This document shows, piece by piece, positions 61,511 through 64,000 of a stretch of 64,000 nt of DNA. The stretch is from Octopus sinensis (Eukaryota): NCBI RefSeq assembly GCF_006345805.1, contig NC_043004.1:26846001-26910000 (forward strand). Reading direction: 5' to 3'. How positions within the stretch are numbered: the first letter of the stretch is position 1; every line of letters begins with the position of its first letter. The notes below the pieces were generated by a model. The model was not told the DNA's origin. It saw only the letters and a list, made by a program, of their open reading frames with translations, and made no database searches. A program made the position numbers and the translations under genes.

Positions 61511-63134
61511 TGTTTTACACTGAATGAAAAAGCACTCACTAAATGGTCAGAGTGACCATACTTTTGTGGTGTTGGACACAGGTAGCTCTTGGAGACTTGT
61601 TACCCTGAGGAATTTCTTAATTATTATCTCCTTGTTGTAAATCCATGTACTTGTACAAACCCCTCTGTGTTTAACTATTTTGTACAGATGTCCCTTGCAC
61701 CTTTTATGTAGGCCCTTATGGCCAATAAAGAAACGATTACCATTGATACTGTTTTTGTTGTTGTTACTATTATTATTATAAGCATTATCATCAGCATTGC
61801 TATATTGGTAAAATCTGTGTCTTTGGTGTCTTGTGCTATATTACTGATCTGTTCTCTCCAAGCTGTTTGATAACTGAAATATAGCATTATAAATATTGGG
61901 TCTCAGTCAGATTAAAATATATTCCCCATGGGAGACACCAAAAGTATCAAAGACTTGCAGGAACTCACCAATATCTTAAAACTGTCAGGAGTTTAATATT
62001 TCATTTATCATTATTCTATAGAACTGTTCTCAACAGCAACAGCTGCAACAGTGTCCACTGCAGTGGAAGAATCAGCAATGTACAATAAAATTTAAAATAG
62101 TAAAATCAATTTTTAAAATATTGAAATAGTAAAATTAATTTTTAAAAAAATACATCAAAATAGTTTGTTTTTATAAATTTTACATTTGGTCATATTCTGA
62201 AGCTATTTACCATTTAGTTCTGAAAGTAGCCACATGATAATGAATCAATTGTTAATACAAAGAGAAAAGAGGATTTATTTCTTATTGGCTTCATCAAAGA
62301 ATTTGCCAAATCTTTTCACATGAAAAGTAAAGAATACAATTAAAAGACAAAAAAACCCCAAAGAATAGGAAGTCTATTTTGATGTTAATCTTCTTTATTT
62401 ATTTGGAACCAAAACCATAAATTATTCAACCTTCACTAATACAAGAAACAAGAAACAAAGATACATAGAATGGATATTCTTTGGAATTTTAATTTTCTGT
62501 TTTCATATGCATGATTAAATTTGTATTCTAGTTTTATATCTGCTGGTTTTTCAGTATTTTCAATAATCTGCATCAAAAATTCTTTAAGTTTCTTTTTTGC
62601 CATTTTTACCAAACAAATACTAGATGAATTCAAAGCATTTTAAAAAAGAATTGATGAAAAAAATTAACTTCATGATCACCGAGGAAAGGAAAAAGAAAAG
62701 TGGTTAAGGAAAACATAAAAAATTTGACATTTTAAGAAGGAAAGTGATTGTATGACCTTGATGCCTTTCCCACATGAATTAAAAATAGTAGTGAAAATGG
62801 GTCACACACACTTATGCTGGGATAATGAAGTGCAGTAACAAATATTTCTCACAGAAACAGAGCACCAGAACTGAAAAAAAAGGTGATCATGTAGCACTCA
62901 TAATTATCTTAGGAACATAGGTGGTATAAGCAAAGCGTAATGACTACAATAGAGAAACATAGATAATGCCAGAGTTTCAGGTTGTAAGCATTGCAATAAC
63001 AACAATATAAGGTTTTACAAACCTTATATTGTTGTTGTTGCAACAGGAGCAGTAGCAACAGTAGCAGATACAGCAGAAGTAGGCATAGCAACAGCAGTAA
63101 TAGTAACAACAACAATAAAAGCTGTGTCAACGTT

Positions 63135-63270
63135 ACAGATGGTTGTGGGGTAAGAAACTTGCTTTCCAACCTCATGGTTCTGGGTTCAGTCCCACTGCAT
63201 GGCACCTTAAGCAAGTATTTTTTACTACAACCTCAGGTTGATCAAAGCCTTGTAAGTGGATTTGGTAGCA
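63135..63270 (+). mobile_element. SINE family A, 5' part
   Basis: gtaagaaacttgctttccaacctcatggttctgggttcagtcccactgcatggcacc. Confidence 0.8.
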
Positions 63271-64000
63271 ACAAGGAGAGTACAGGTTGACAGTCAACCA
63301 AAACTTTCATTATGCTGTCTCTCTTCTTTCACCTCTTTGTGGGGTTAATAATCTTAATCTTTGGTTACAGTTTCTCATTCAAACTACATAATAGGCAGAA
63401 TTGTCAGATTAAGACAGTAGGGTGTTTTGAGGAAGATTTGGCTGCAATTTCTACCAGGTCTAGCTACCATGTAGAGGTCTGAACTTAATTTTCATTCACA
63501 TATTTGCATTTCAAAAATTTAACATAATCTTTTCCATAGATCAACTATCGTAAAAATTTTATATGATGCCCTCACATTTTCTATGTATGTGTGTGTACCT
63601 TAAAAGACATCAATCATCACGACAGACACCTTAACTCACTCCCTCTATCTCTCTTTCTCACCCTATCACATACATACGTGCCAGCATGCATGCACGCATG
63701 CACACATGCACACACAGACACGCACATAGACACACACATACACATATACACACACACGTCCATTTCATATATCTTCTTTCAATTTCTGCTCTCTGCAAAT
63801 AACATTTTTATGGATACAACTGCTTACAAAAATAGGGATTAATGTATAATTTCTTTCTACGTTCATAATTAAATCAATGTTTTAATGATTAGACAGAGGT
63901 CCAATACAATAGCTCTCAGAAACAGACTACGTACAAATTCTTTCTTCATAACTGCTGAAGCTGTTTTCTGACAGAGGGTGGGGGGGGGGGTCAGGAAATT

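Noticed and set aside
1-64000. CRISPR array, rRNA, or prokaryotic/viral insert
   Set aside because: No repeat-spacer periodicity, no rRNA similarity and no gene-dense segment was seen.

Overview
AT-rich, microsatellite-dense eukaryotic (metazoan) genomic DNA made up almost entirely of transposon relics. The repeat families look like those of octopus/cephalopod genomes (inference from family recognition, not a search). No host protein-coding exon could be identified with confidence, and most listed ORFs are microsatellite artefacts or decayed transposon frames. Recognisable content: restriction-endonuclease-type non-LTR fragments (one CRE-like, several R4/Dong-like next to TAA repeats); RTE and CR1 LINEs plus many RTE 3' tails; three tRNA-derived SINE families; DD34D, DD37D and rosa-like Tc1/mariner elements and MITEs; two divergent Chapaev3-like DNA transposons; several Helitrons; and a rich set of Penelope-like elements (PLEs). 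The most informative locus is a 4.8-kb PLE at 54722-59486 (minus strand). It has inverted pseudo-LTRs that each carry a structurally intact type I hammerhead ribozyme, an RT-to-GIY-YIG reading frame with very long Asn-rich inserts, and a 922-bp solo-LTR-like insertion with a 4-bp TSD. Also notable are a tandem 467-nt hammerhead-like repeat (retrozyme-like) and several long palindromes/foldbacks sitting in (TA)n tracts. All alignments and translations outside the supplied ORF track were done by eye, so boundaries without TIR/TSD support are approximate.
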